Position numbers and translations under genes: made by a program
Shown: piece by piece, positions 51,008 to 64,000 of the stretch
Layout: every line of letters begins with the position of its first letter
Position numbering within the stretch: the first letter of the stretch is position 1
Notes under the pieces: model-generated
Told to the model about the DNA's origin: nothing
The model's input: only the letters and a program-made list of their open reading frames with translations
The model's database searches: none
Assembly (NCBI RefSeq): GCF_018977255.1
Contig: NW_024704742.1
Coordinates: 87,732,001 to 87,796,000, forward strand
Reading direction: 5' to 3'
Source: Callorhinchus milii
Lineage: Eukaryota
DNA: 64,000 bases

Positions 51008-51348
51008 TGATAATCCTTGCATTTGGTATAGCGCCTTATCAAATCTTCAAGAAGTTTCAAAGTGCTTCACAATATACTGTAAAATGAATTGACTGTATAT
51101 TTTGTGGGTGAAATGCAGCAGCCAATTGCACACAGCAGTGTCCCACAAACAGACGTGGATTAAATGACCATTTTTTTTGAAGGGATTGTTACCCCCGGAA
51201 AAGCCAATCGACTGACAACCGGGTTCCTATTTACTGCTCTCTTACTGTAATCAGGGGCAGATGGAGTAAGGAAACTTGCCAAATGTTTCACCCTGCCTGG
51301 AAATCAAACCCAGGTCCTCTCTTGCTTGCAAGGCAAGTGCTCTAACCA
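51008..51348 (-). mobile_element. tRNA-derived SINE
   Basis: Tail plus most of head (gtgctctaacca). Confidence 0.82.
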
Positions 51349-54300
51349 ATCTTTTCAGCCACCTTTCAAAAAGGTGTCCTGTAGAATATTTGTCTACATA
51401 TCCAACGTGTGGTTGGTTGCTCATCTGGTTCTTGAAATGAGTGAATTGTGTACAACTTCAAGACTTGTAAATGTGACCATACGATGCCACAATTCAACTG
51501 TAGTCTGTTGTACATCCTACAGCACATGCTCTCAACTGCAATTCACTTATTTTTTCCCCCTCAAGACTGCAATTCTGTCTTCTCACAGCAGGTGGTGCTG
51601 TTGCAAATGCTGATGCCTTTCAATTTACTATCACTGAACAAATGCTAATGTTGTTGTTGTAGTGAGGGCATTAGGAAGTTTTTCTTTCTTTATCCTTCTC
51701 CCTATATTAATCACTCCTTTTTTGACTGCAAAAGCATATTCAATTAAGAAGTACATTCCTTTTTAATTTTTTAGCTCCAGTAATCAAATGTTCCTGACAA
51801 TAGACTCCACTCCTGAAACTAACATGCTAAAATGTAAAGCTTAATTATTATAAACTTTAATTCATCAAACTGCCATTTTGCAATACATTATGCCTACATC
51901 AACATGCCTGTGGCAAATTAGATTTGATTAACTTCTCCCTGATGTCCTCTGAACAGTAATCTTTCCAGTGAGCCTGTGGCATTGTGGAGATTAGACTCCA
52001 TGGTAACCATCCTGGACAGTGCAGCTTTAATGCATATAATTCTGAGATGTCTGCTTTAAATGGATATAGCAAAAGATGGAATATGAACTTTAAGCTGTGG
52101 AGGATAGCGCCTGCCTAATGGCTTTGTCATTAGCTGTCCCTTCAATATTTATTTTCTTCCCCACGTAAGATGTCTTGAAACACATTCATGGATAAACATG
52201 TGATCTAAGTGTACATACACGACAGAAAATGTGAAAGTTCAGTGAATTGCTATCTAAACTGAATACCAAAACAAATGCAAATCTCTTTGACCTAAACTAT
52301 CTGCAATAATCTCTCTAGGAATTTGGAAGTGCAGCTTTAAAAGTACATATTGATGTAATATTCAAGGATGTCACAATACTGTAATGGATAAGTTTAAAAT
52401 TCAGGTCACATCTGTACTGTTTTGAGTAGGGCCGGTTTAAGGTGAAGGCGGTTCTCGGCAAAGGTTGAACTAGGGACTTCCGAATTAAATTTGATGCAGA
52501 TTTCAGAGGCTCAACTAAGCCAAGAGCACAAAGAAGTCAATTTTATTGAAATTGGAAAGCTCCTCCATCAATAACTAACAGATTTGGTTTATCCATAATG
52601 GGTGGAACAGATTGTATATTTCAAGACAGCTTATTATTGTCTCAAAACATTCAGATTTGCAGCTGGATTGTTGGGATTGGGGAAATAATATAGCAAACCA
52701 TTTCCAGTAGAAAATCATTAAAACTAAACAACACAGTTGTGGCTTTTACATAGTTTTTTTTTAAATATTTTCTAATCTTACAACTGTTCAGGGAGCCTAT
52801 AACTACCTGACTCATGAGCTATTTTTTACAGAGGGAAATTTAGAGTTTGAGACCATAGTTCCTGATTGTTAAGAGTAACCACAGGTCCCTAAGCTCCATG
52901 AGCAGAGGCCGACACTTAAAGGTTCTGGTTTTCCAGGATATTATTGCTTAAGCAAAGGTATGGATGGCTGCTGGTTCTGCACTGTGCATAACTGCACAAT
53001 TGAACCCACAAACTTCTTCCTCTAAGACCTTGCTACCAATTGAGCCAGACATGAGCCTTGTGTTAAGTAAGATGTGGGATGTGTTCTGTAATACTGCAAA
53101 TTTTGCCTCAAAGTACAGTTCATAATTAAATTTAGTATACAATATTCACTTCAATGCCCATTTTGCTCATTCGGTGGATAGAGCATGTGATTAGTTTTCC
53201 GCAATATTTCATAATTGCAGGCAACTGAAATTAGCATTGTGGAGTATGCATAAATTTGAGAAGCTTTGCAATTTTCATTGATGGCAATACTCCATGGGGA
53301 TCAGACTTGGAATTTGATTTTATCTAGCCACTGTACATTTTGCTGATGATCATACATTTCCCTCAAAATGCTGTGATATTTCAAAAAATATTACAATGTC
53401 CTCGTACTCAGGATCTCAGAATGGTTTGTTGATTAATTAATTGTGTAAATGCAAGTGATCTGATGCCTTGGGTTAACCACCTGTGGTCCTAAGTACAGCA
53501 TGCTGGAGTTTAACCAACTAATAAAGCCATTATAAACACTGGCAAAATTCCTGTTGCTTGTCCAGCAAGAACTTCACTTATACTTTTGGGCTTTGGCTTG
53601 CAGATGGGAAGAATCCTAGCTCCAGCAAAATCCACTTTTTTGAGTTTTGCAAAAAAAGAAATCCAGCAAACAATTAGATGTTTCTGACCTGCTTGAATTT
53701 TACTCAGCTGGCAATCTCCATTTTAACTTTAAAAGGCAGATTACCATCAAAGAAGGTGCCTGACAGGAGAGCCAGAAGGAATTTGGGCTGAATTCCTGAC
53801 AGGACCTGCAGGATTCACTATTTACAAATCGATTTCCAAATATCACAATTTACTCCTCATTAATTTCTATGTTCCTGGCACTTGCAGGAATATCTGTGGA
53901 GGGAACAAAAACAAGTTTGAATGTGGAGATGAATCAATATTCTAGAGATAGCAAGTACGCATGATGAGGTGAGTGTGGTGTGGGTGGAGTGAAGTCTGTG
54001 ATAGGGTGAGTTTGATGTGGTTAGAGTGAGTGAGGTTCCATCTCATGAGACATTGAACTGAGATCCCCGTCTACCTGTTCATGTAGACGTTAAAGATCCT
54101 GTGGCACTAGACAAAAGGAGAAGGGAGTTTCTCCCAGTGTCATGGCCAACAATCCTCCAAAATAAATTGATCAATCACACTTTATGGCTGTTTCTCAGCG
54201 CTTTGGGACGTCCTCCCGACGTGAAAGGCGCTCTATAAATGTAATTTTGTTGTTTGTTGTTGAGGGACATTGTTGTGCACAAAATTAGCTGGCGCATTTC

Positions 54301-56656
54301 CCTATAAATACATAGTCACTGCACTTCTGCTGTAAATCCTGTGAAGCGCTTTCAGACATCATCCCGACATGAAAGATGCCACACCTAATGTAAGGATTGT
54401 AATTATTTGAGAAACGTCATGAAAAAGGTCTGAACAACCCTCTCTCTCCTTTCCCAATGACTGCTGAATGACAAGTGGCACCAAACCCAGCTGAAAAGCC
54501 TTGGGCGCTATCTTGGATTCCAACCTTGTGGGGATCATTTTCAGAGGTTACTGGCATAGCTCCATTAAGGTTGATCTGAATCCTGTGCATATACCCAGAG
54601 AGACCATTTGTAATCCTTAATTTTATTTTTAAAAATTAGGCCACTGTATGGCATTTTTCCTCTTTGGTTACTCAAATCCAAGCTTCCCACTCAACCTGTG
54701 TCCTGCAAGCAGCCTCAGATAATGACTTGCCCCTTTATTGTTTTACATAAACCAGATAAAATTCGTCATTCAATTTGTGGCTGTTTGTGGGATTCGACCA
54801 TGTGCAAATTAGCTGCTGTTTTTGCCCACAAATAGACAGCCACTGCATTTTACAGTAAAATCCTATGAAGCAAGTAGGATTATTATTGCTGATTTTTTGA
54901 AAAAGGAAAGAAAGCTGCACATATTATACTGTAAATGGATTACAGAAGGATGTTGTATCTTATGGAGAATGCATAAGATGCCATCCTCCTGATGTGAAAA
55001 GTGCTATATAAATGTAATTTGTTGGTGGTGGTGTGTCCGCGTGCAAACCCGGTTTTGGAGTCTGAGCCACACAGTGCATTGACTAACTTTGACATTTCAC
55101 ATGACTGTTGTTAAAGGTCCAAAAAGGGAGGCCAAGGGGGACAAAGGCAGTCATGTTCCTCTAATCTAGAAATAGGCTTTATTCTTCAAAGGTTCTTTGC
55201 AACTTCTATTTAGCACCTCCACCATCCAAAAGGCAGATCGTAGGTATAAACTGTAACAGCTAATAAAGTGGGCAGGCTTTGTTAAAGACTTACAGGTTGT
55301 CCAAAGGAAAAAGATTTGAAATGGGTGGCAAAAGTCATAGATTTCACTGCTCAAAGGTCGAAGGGTCATTGTTGAGGTGCACTGCCAACAAACTCAAAAT
55401 TACATTGGCAAGAGGACAAGGTTTGCAAAGCTCTGAAAATGATAACAGTGAGTGAAAGGTCAGGCCTAGAGTACCAGATGTTTTATCCACAAATATACAG
55501 TCAATTCACTTTATAGTAGATTCTTTGAAGCGCTTTGAGACGTCTAGAAGACATGAAAAGCGCTATATCAAATGCAAGTATTATAGATTTAATTTACATG
55601 TTCTCTGTTCATGAAGTCTGCTAAAATAGTAAAGGTTGTTTGCAAAGCATCATATTTTAAGCAATGTGCCTATGCACATCTCTAAAGTTTCTAACGTACA
55701 AGCAGATGGTCTTCTAAACACTACTGCTATCATTCATCCACCTGCATTTATAACTTTCCTCCAAAATGATGTTTATATGTCTGTCTCGAGTTCCAGTGTC
55801 CATTGTAAGTAATCAATGCAGATCACTAGTTGAAGGATGTTATACAAAATGCACGTTGTTGCCTATCTGTGTGCAGCCACTGAATACTATCCACCTAGGA
55901 AGACGAGGTCATAATCTACAGCCGAGTGGCAGGAAGACCCAAGACTTGCAGCTGGATGTGGCCATGAGACTCTGTATCTGGTGAATCAACAATTACGGCT
56001 GCAGATGGCAGCCATTATTTGCTTTGGTGAAGCAGACTATGTGCCTGCCTAAGCAGACCTGTAGGCAATGTGCACATCGATGTGTGATCTGACAACACTG
56101 CTTTGGTTCATCTGAGTAGCATTATGCAGTTGGGCTGAGCACAGGTGGTGGACCAGATGGGCTCTGTAGTCAATTCATTCGCAACACTAGTACAGAGTCC
56201 TCTTTACCCACCTGTTGGTGTTTGATTTTAAAATCTATGCACATTGACCTTTCAAAAGTCAAGTGTCCAAAAACATGGCCAAAACAACTGGTTATATATC
56301 AATAGGTGAGTAAACTGATGAGACACCATCCATTATTATTATTGATTTGTATGATTATTCTGATTATTTCTATTGTTAGTGTAATGGCTAGTCCCCTCAG
56401 AGGAAACTCCTCCCCATGGTCACTTGTCTCCTCCCCTCTTAGAGAAGGCTCCTTCCCCATGATCACCCAGCTCCTCCCAGAGAGGAGGCACAACTGATTC
56501 ACAAGAGGGGCAGGGGAAGTTAAGGGTTAAAAGACATCCCTGGAGAGGAAACAGACTGCACAGGAGAGAGGAGGTAACAGAGGAGGCCTGAGGACTAACA
56601 CTGAGGCTGTATCAAGGCTGAGAGACATGTTGGGTTGAGGGTGGTGCTTTAAGGAC

Positions 56657-57350
56657 AGCAACAAGATTACAATTGTACAGCGCCTTTCACGTTGCGCTGG
56701 ACAGTGTACAGCATTTCAGACCCGAGCTGGGGTCTGGGGGGGGAAGGGAGAGGAGGGGAAGGGGTGTGGCCCATGACATGGTTGAAGAGGAGGGTCTTGA
56801 GGCGGGACTTGAAGGAGGTGGCGAGGTGGAGTGACTGGGGGATGGAATTCCAGAGGTTGGGGGGCAGAGTGGCTGAAGGCTCTTCCACCAATGGTGGGTC
56901 GGGGGATGAGGAGCAGGCCAGAGCCGGCTGAGTGGAAGGAATGGGCGGGTTGATAGGGGGTTAGGAGGTCACAGAGGTAGGGTGGGGCGAGGCCATGGAG
57001 GGCTTTGTATGTGAGGACCAGGATCTTGAACTGGATCCTCTGAAGGATAGGGAGCCAGTGGAGTCGGGCGAGAGTGGGGGAGATGAGATCAAGGAGTTTT
57101 GTGCGGGAGAGGACACGAGCTGCAGAGTTCTGGATTATCTGCAGTCTGTGGAGGGAGGAGTTGGGAAGGCCGACAAGCAGGGCGTTTGCATAGTCGAGCC
57201 TGGAGGTGATGAAGACATGAACGAGTTTCAGTGGCCTGAGGGGTGAGGTAGTGGCGGAGTCGGGCAATGTTACAGAGGTGAGGGAAGGCTGAGCGGGTCA
57301 TGGCTTGGATGTGGGGAAGAAGACAGTTGAGGGTTGACCTAGGTTCCTGA
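56657..57350 (-). mobile_element. L2-clade LINE 3' fragment
   Basis: ORF 56716..57267: VFITSRLDYANALLVGLP...[12 protein letters not shown]...[30 protein letters not shown]. Confidence 0.9.
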
Positions 57351-57789
57351 CTGGATTATAATATATATATGCTAGATGGTGGAGTTGACAGAGAAACACA
57401 TCCTGCCACCAGCTTCAGAGAGATCATGCACCAGAGCTACGTCAATCAACACTCGCTGCTAGTCATCCAAGTCATCTCTCATTGTGAGATAAAATATACC
57501 CTTATAAAATATATAATACAGTTTATCCTTAAAAGGTTCAGAAGCTCTACCCTGCATGCAGGGTGCTATATAATAATAAATATTTTATTATTATTTTATT
57601 GCCTTCACAATCTTCCCATTTTAGCATCCATCTCTTCTTAAGTCCAGCATCCTAGCCCCAGCCCAGTAACCTGTTCCACCTTTTAGATAACCTCTGTGTA
57701 AAGACATATTTCCTGGTGATAAGTGCAGGCTTGCTTCCACAGTTGCTATTGGACTTTACATGTTTAACCTGGTCATTTGCATCTTAAGA

Positions 57790-57905
57790 TGGACACTGGA
57801 GTACCTCTGACAAAAGGTCATCGACCTGAAACGTTAACTCATTTTCCTCTCTTCATAGATGCTGCCTATCCTGCTGCGTGTTCCCAGTGACTTCTGTTTT
57901 TATTG
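57790..57905 (+). repeat. Retroelement terminal fragment (Penelope-like, from memory)
   Basis: ctgacaaaaggtcatcgacctgaaacgttaac...agatgctgcc...cctgctg motif, which I recall as common in chondrichthyan repeats; class unverified. Confidence 0.4.
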
Positions 57906-58564
57906 TTGGAATACTTCTAATCTCTTAACAACAATAATAACTCTGGTTTAAGACTGAGTGTTTCTTAAATGCTGTGATATTGTACTTGTCAATATACGAA
58001 TGATATATTTCCATGCATAATCTTGGTGTATATAGTATTTTGGTATATATTATATTGTGTTGATGTATTATTTTGGGGAGTAAAGGATTAAATTGTTGTC
58101 GGCTTTAAAAAACCTCTTGAGAGGTGAGGAAGCAAGCTTCTAGGCAGTGCAAACAACTATCGAAAGGATTAGAGATTTAGCCTTCAAGAGAAGTGTCGTC
58201 GCCTTAAATTAAAGAAATCGGGGGTAAAAAAATCCAGCAATATAATAAATACCACCAGGGATAATTATCATATCAATGTTATGAAACATTGAAATGTTGC
58301 ATTTTTGGGGTGTTACACTCGAGGACAGGATATGAGCTGTGAAAGTCTTCAGATCCCACCTGAAGACTCTCCTCTATGATCATTCCTTTGGTCACTTCAA
58401 TTTTCTTCCTTGCTCCGCGTCAAACTGCACCATTTTTATGCGCTCCGAGGCTCCACTCTGCATGCAGGGCGCTACATAAATGCACTTTGTTGTTGTTGTT
58501 GCTGTTGTGTCAGCCTGGTGCAGTGGTAGCGCTCTCACCTCTTTAGTCAGAAGGTTGTGAGTTC

Positions 58565-59940
58565 AACAACAACAACAACAAGATTCAATTTATTGAGCGC
58601 CTTTCACGTCGGGAGGACGTCCCAAGGCGCTGTACAGTTGGGTCAGGACCCGAGCAGGGGGGAAATGGTCAGGGTGAGGGGAGGGGAGGGAGCGAGGAGG
58701 GGGTAGAGAGTCGAGAGGGGAGCTGAAGGTACGGTCAAAGGGAAAGGTCTTGAGACCGGCCTTGAAGGAGGAAAGGGAGGAAGCGGCGAAGGCACTGGGG
58801 GATGGAGTTCCAGAGCCTCGGGGCTGAGAGGCTGAAGGCCCGGCCACCGATGGTAGGGCGGTTGGGGCGGGGGATGTGGAGCAGACCGGAGCCAGAGGAA
58901 CGGAGGGTACGGGCAGGTAGGTAGGGGGATAGTAGGTCGGAGAGGTAGGGGGGAGCAAGGCCGTGAATGGCCTTGTAGGTGAGGATGAGGATCTTGAATT
59001 CGATCCTCTGGGGGATGGGGAGCCAGTGGAGGCGAGCGAGGGTGGGAGTGATGTGGTCCCGAAGCCTGGTGCGGGACAGTACACGAGCTGCAGAGTTCTG
59101 AATGACCTGCAGCTTGTGGAGGGAGGTGCCGGGAAGGCCGGTGAGGAGAGAGTTCCCATAGTCCAGCCTTGAGGTGATAAAGGCGTGGACCAGAGTTTCA
59201 GCAGCGTGAGGGGTGAGGTAGTGCCGTAGTCTGGCGACATTCCGGAGGTGATGGAAGGCGGTGCCAGTTGTGGCGCGGATATGGGGAGAAAGGACAGCTC
59301 AGGGTCGAACAGAACCCCGAGGTTCCTGACCGGCTTTGAGAGGTGGAGAGTGCAGCCTTGGATGCTGATGCTGTCAGCGCCTGAGGTGCGGAGGCGCTGA
59401 CGTGAGCCAATCAGGAGGGCCTCAGTTTTGCGTACGTTGAGCTGGAGAAAGTTATCTCTCGTCCAGGACTCGATGTCGGACAGGCAGCTGTCAGGACATC
59501 GGTGGTCGTGGAGTTGAGGGTAGAGGAGGAAAGGTAGAGTTGGGTGTCATCCGCATACATGTGGAAGTTAACCCCATGTCTGCGGATGATGTCACCGAGG
59601 GGGAGCATATAGAGGGTGAAGAGGAGGGGACCGAGGACAGAGCCTTGAGGAACACCGCACGAGACAGTGCGGGGGCCGGAGGAAAAACCATTTGTGGAGA
59701 CAAAGTGAAGACGGTGGGAGAGGTACGACCTAAACCAGTCAAGGACAGGGCCTTGAAGGTTTAGGTGGGAGGACAAGCGGTGGAGGAGGATAGCATGGTT
59801 GACCGTATCGAATGCTGCCGATAGGTCGAGGAGGTCGAGGAGGCAGAGGGAGCCCTGGTCACAGATGGTCAGGATGTCATTGGTGACCTTGACCAGGGCA
59901 GTTTCTGTGCTATGGGCAGCACGGAAACCCGAATGAAGGG
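58565..59940 (-). mobile_element. 5'-truncated L2-clade LINE with reverse transcriptase core
   Basis: [46 protein letters not shown]; frameshift near 59490; (caa)n tail. Confidence 0.93.
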
Positions 59941-61032
59941 TTGGGTTACCCCTATACATCAAATGCAAGGATTATTATTGTAGCCACAGAATGGCTTGGA
60001 TGAGAAGTTTGTACAAATCTGGGTTGTTCTTCCGAAGTTTAGTTTCAGGTATATCGCTCGAATGTTCAAGGGGAGGGAAATTTACTCTGCAAATTAACCC
60101 TGGGTATCTGACCAGGTGGTGCTAAACGCATGCTCTACTTCTCTGTGCTAATATCCTTCACCTCCGTGAACAGCACATCCAACTAAAAATAAAAGCTTTC
60201 TCTACATTTGTAAAAAAGAGAGTACAAACCCTTTCGAAAATGCATAATGTATTGATGATGAAGAACATGGCAAATGTTATGCAACATCATAGAAGCAAGA
60301 TCAATGAACAAGCAATTAGCATAACCAAGACAAGAGAGTCACAGTACACTCACAAGGGTAGCAGTGCTTGTGGAAGGGAAGTACATTAATAATGTATAGT
60401 GGACAGATGTTGTGTTACAAGCTATTATGTAACACCATACATTCAAGAAGCTGTTTACAAACAATGAATAACCCAACCACACACCACAGAGGCTACACTT
60501 GTCTCAAAATCATAACCTTGCAGCACCTGCAGCAGAAGAGGCTAATGCGATTGGCATAAAGAAAGATTATGTGTGGTATTTCTTACTAATCGTGGACCGG
60601 GACAGGGTGTGATAACCCTGCAGCACAGTGTGTAGTCAAACAGGCTTATGAGCTCCCCTCAACATTTGCAATACAAAGTATATTAAAGTCCGCTAATAGT
60701 AAATTCACAGGTGGGATTTTATTTGGAAAACATGAATGTTTCTATGCTAATACGTCAAACCATTAGCAATCTATACCAGAACTGTTGGTAATTATCTGTC
60801 ATGTTGAACGGTAGCTCGCTAAAATAATTTGTTTCAAAATCAGATCAACACACTTGTTCAAAAAGAAGTGCGGGCCAATGTTTTCAAGTTAACAATGACA
60901 AAACAAATTACCAAAACAGGCAGAGAATAAGGAACTGCAAAGAGTTCAAAAAGGAATAGGACAGGTTTCTGGAAATTTGAAAGGCAAATGTGTCGAAAGA
61001 GAAGAGAGGGGTGAGTGAGATAGATCAATATG

Positions 61033-61440
61033 TGGAGTTCTGTAACTCAGTGGTTAGAGCACTCGCCTCACAAGCGAGAGACCTGGGTTTGATTCTCAGC
61101 AGGGTGAAACTTTGGGCAAGTATCCTTACTCCACACGCCCAATAATAATCCCTCAGGAAAAAAAAACAATAACAAATTGGTCAGTTCAATCGATGACTGT
61201 TTGTGGGCCACTGCTGTGCGCAATCGGCTGCCAGGTTTTGCCCTTTAGTATATTCTGTGAAGACGTGAAAAAGCAAGGATTATTATTTATATTAATAATG
61301 ATCCCTCCAAAAAAATTCCTAAAATGTCTGTGGGACATTGGCTGCAGCAGTCATATCACTTTACAGTATATTCTGTGAAACGCTTTGAGATGTCTCAATG
61401 AGATGATAGGTGCTATATCAAATGTAAGGATTATTATTAT
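61033..61440 (+). mobile_element. tRNA-derived SINE with a second tandem tail segment
   Basis: Head at 61033; caaggattatt tail near 61275 and taaggattatt near 61426. Confidence 0.8.
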
Positions 61441-63694
61441 ATTTTTCTCCCTTCTGTGACTGTCACTGTGCTGCTTCATTTCTGTCATAATGGAGGGAAA
61501 AAATTGTACTTTTGTACATTTCATAACAGATTTGACATGACAATTATCACATTGAATTTCTTGTGAAATGTCTCATTTTATGTCTCATCTTACTTTGTAA
61601 AGATTCAAAGAGACATAAGGCCAGATGTATCCGTGTGCAATATTATGTTTGTCTCAGCATTTGACGTACTGCCTTTCATGTTGGGAAGACATCTCAAAGC
61701 GCTTCACAGGATTCACTGTAAAGTGAAGATATGGTGTATTTTGTAGTCAAACTTGACAGCTAATTTGTGCTCATCAATGTCCCACAGCAAGAAGTGAATG
61801 CCCAACTTTCATCGGGCAATTTTTTGCCAGGAAGCCAGAAGAAACTGCCTTTGTTTGCATTGTAACGCAATAAATTCAAAACCCTTTCGTGTTTCATTCC
61901 CTTGTTGCTGTATATTTTATTAACAATAAAAAGCGCTTTTCATATCACCATATGTAAACATTGGTTGAATTTTCTTCGAAACTCTGGTCCTATAAATATG
62001 TGCTTTCACTCAACTGCAACCAACGCCAACCACGATTTAAAGCAGAGTCAACATTGTTTAAAGACAGTGATGCCATACTTACAGAACCATCAACTCATAG
62101 GGAGACACAATGAGGGAATTGTTTTTCGATTGGGCTCCAGAAACTGAGCGTGTGGACCCTAGAATGAAGTCAGTGCTGGTCTCTGCCTATCCTCTGATGC
62201 GCTGTGTCACATACAGAACACATGCAGGTCTGTTCAAGGGAGGATGTCCAGTTCATTTTAGCCCTTATTGAGAGGCATGCAGAGCTGAGAGAAGGGAATA
62301 TTTATGTGAAGCTATCCAAAGGAGATAGAGCAGTAAATATTACTTTCAGTATTATGACTGTAATGGGAAATCCAACTCATGACTGACCCCACCAAAAGTA
62401 CTGCACGTAACACGGCCTGGAATTTTTACCCAAAACATACCTTGTCACAAATTTCAATGAAACAACTCTTGGGTAAAAATTCCTTCTCTTTCCAAATAGT
62501 TTTTGAGGCGCATTGAAAAATTCTAGGTGTAGTATCAAATGCAAGGATTATTGTCGTATATTAAAAAAATCCTCACTTGGCTGTTTGTGGGACAATTGTT
62601 GGGTAAAAATTGGCTGCAGTGTTTGTGCAAATACAGTCACTGCACTTTACAGTAAAATAACCTGTGAAGAGATTTGAGACATTTTGTCAACGTGATAAGG
62701 CACTACGTCAAATACAAGGATTATATTATCCTTTCTACAATACTTCCCATCCAGCACCATTCTTTCCAAGTGACAGACACATAGGATTGACAACCAACCA
62801 TTCCAGGCCATTCAGGAGAAGATTGTCCATCAACAAACTACTAATGGTACAGTAAATTATCTAGGTCGCTTTCTTTTTTAAAAAAATATTATTAATGATA
62901 ATAATCCCTACATTTGGTATATTGCCTTTCACATTGGAAGAGCACCCCAAATCGCTTCACAGGATATACTGTAAAGTGTGCAAAATTGTTTGTGGTAAAT
63001 ATGGTCTGTAGGTCCACGAACAGATGTTTATTTTCTTGCTTTAAAAATAACTTATTTCAATTTTCCTTCAAGGACACAATATTTTTTTTCCCTTGGGCTT
63101 TCGGAGAAAGTAATCACAGTAGTCTGTTCCTGGCACTGGACCAGGAAACAATACTGTATGGGAAAGGTCACTCAATCTCTGGCATTAAATAAGCAACCTG
63201 CACGTTCAAGGCACATCTGAAAATGTACATCTTTGAACGTGCGTTCAGTTATATTTCCCCTTGGCTCCCATCCCCAGCTTCCAAGCTTCATTAAAGCATT
63301 TTGTGATGTCCTCTTGATGTGAGAGGCGTAATAAAAAAAGACTTGCTCAGTTTGCATTGTTTTCTCTTTTGGATGATAATAAAATTGTACCAACTGAAGT
63401 GCTAAAAAAAATTTTTTTTTGCTAATCTCACCCAGAACAGCAGTGTTTAGGGGATGAACGGGGCAGAGAGTGTCAGCGATCACAATTGCTTTTAATGTCA
63501 CTGGACCAGTCAGGGGGGAAACTGGCCAGAATCCCTTCTCTTGAGTGGAGGCGTGTGTGTTTGTGTGTGTGAGAGAGAGAATCAGAACATTACCTGTGTG
63601 TCATGTTATTTCACAGATAGCACGCTTTTGACACAAACCAGGTAAACCACACAAACACAGCACCTGCACTTGATTTAGCATTCTGCCTGGACAA

Positions 63695-64000
63695 ATAATC
63701 CTTGCAGTTGGTAAAATGCCTCTCATCTCTGAAGGATGTCCCAAAGCACTTTGCAGGATTTTGCTGTCAAGTTCATTGACTGGGCTATTTGCAGGGGAAT
63801 GCAGCAGCCAATTTGCACACAGCCATGTCCCACAAAGAGCAGGATTGTTGGTCAGACACTGTGAGAAACTCCCTTCTATCAAGTACTGCCATGGGAGCTT
63901 CAACTTCCAGCTGAACAGGCAGACGGGGCATCAGTTTAACATCTCATCCAAAGGATAGCACCAACATCAATGCAGCAATTGCATTGGACTATCAGCCTAG
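63695..64000 (-). mobile_element. Deu-like SINE fragment
   Basis: Tail aataatccttgca plus ctgaacaggcagacgggg...gtttaacatctcatccaaagga. Confidence 0.65.

Noticed and set aside
56299..56502. Hydrophobic short ORFs resembling a signal peptide
   Set aside because: Arise from AT-rich (att)n-like low-complexity sequence; no splice or domain support.
59411..59968. RT ORF as an active or domesticated gene
   Set aside because: 5'-truncated, frameshifted, no endonuclease domain; an ordinary dead L2 copy.
50700..64000. Further host gene exons (for example KCNV2, the usual downstream neighbour)
   Set aside because: No channel-like or other recognisable coding exon found on either strand; small exons could have been missed.

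Overview
Vertebrate genomic DNA, AT-rich with compact introns. The repeat content (tRNA-derived SINEs with L2-type tails, Deu-domain SINEs, L2 and CR1 LINE remnants) suggests a cartilaginous fish, possibly a chimaera; this is inference. Two tandem + strand VLDLR-like lipoprotein receptor genes are present. Gene A: only its 3' part is in the window (552-4982: YWTD propeller, EGF-C, Ser/Thr-rich stalk, TM, short FENPVF tail). Gene B is complete (ATG 12500, stop 50679-50681). I can splice it by hand into 43 exons, 6498 nt, about 2165 aa, with no stop or frameshift. It has one signal peptide, three consecutive VLDLR ectodomains (8, 6 and 7 LA repeats, each followed by EGF-A, EGF-B, YWTD propeller, EGF-C), then one stalk, one TM and a 23-aa FENPLF tail. 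After about 50.7 kb I see only repeats and no host coding exons. Most short ORFs in the track are spurious or repeat-derived.
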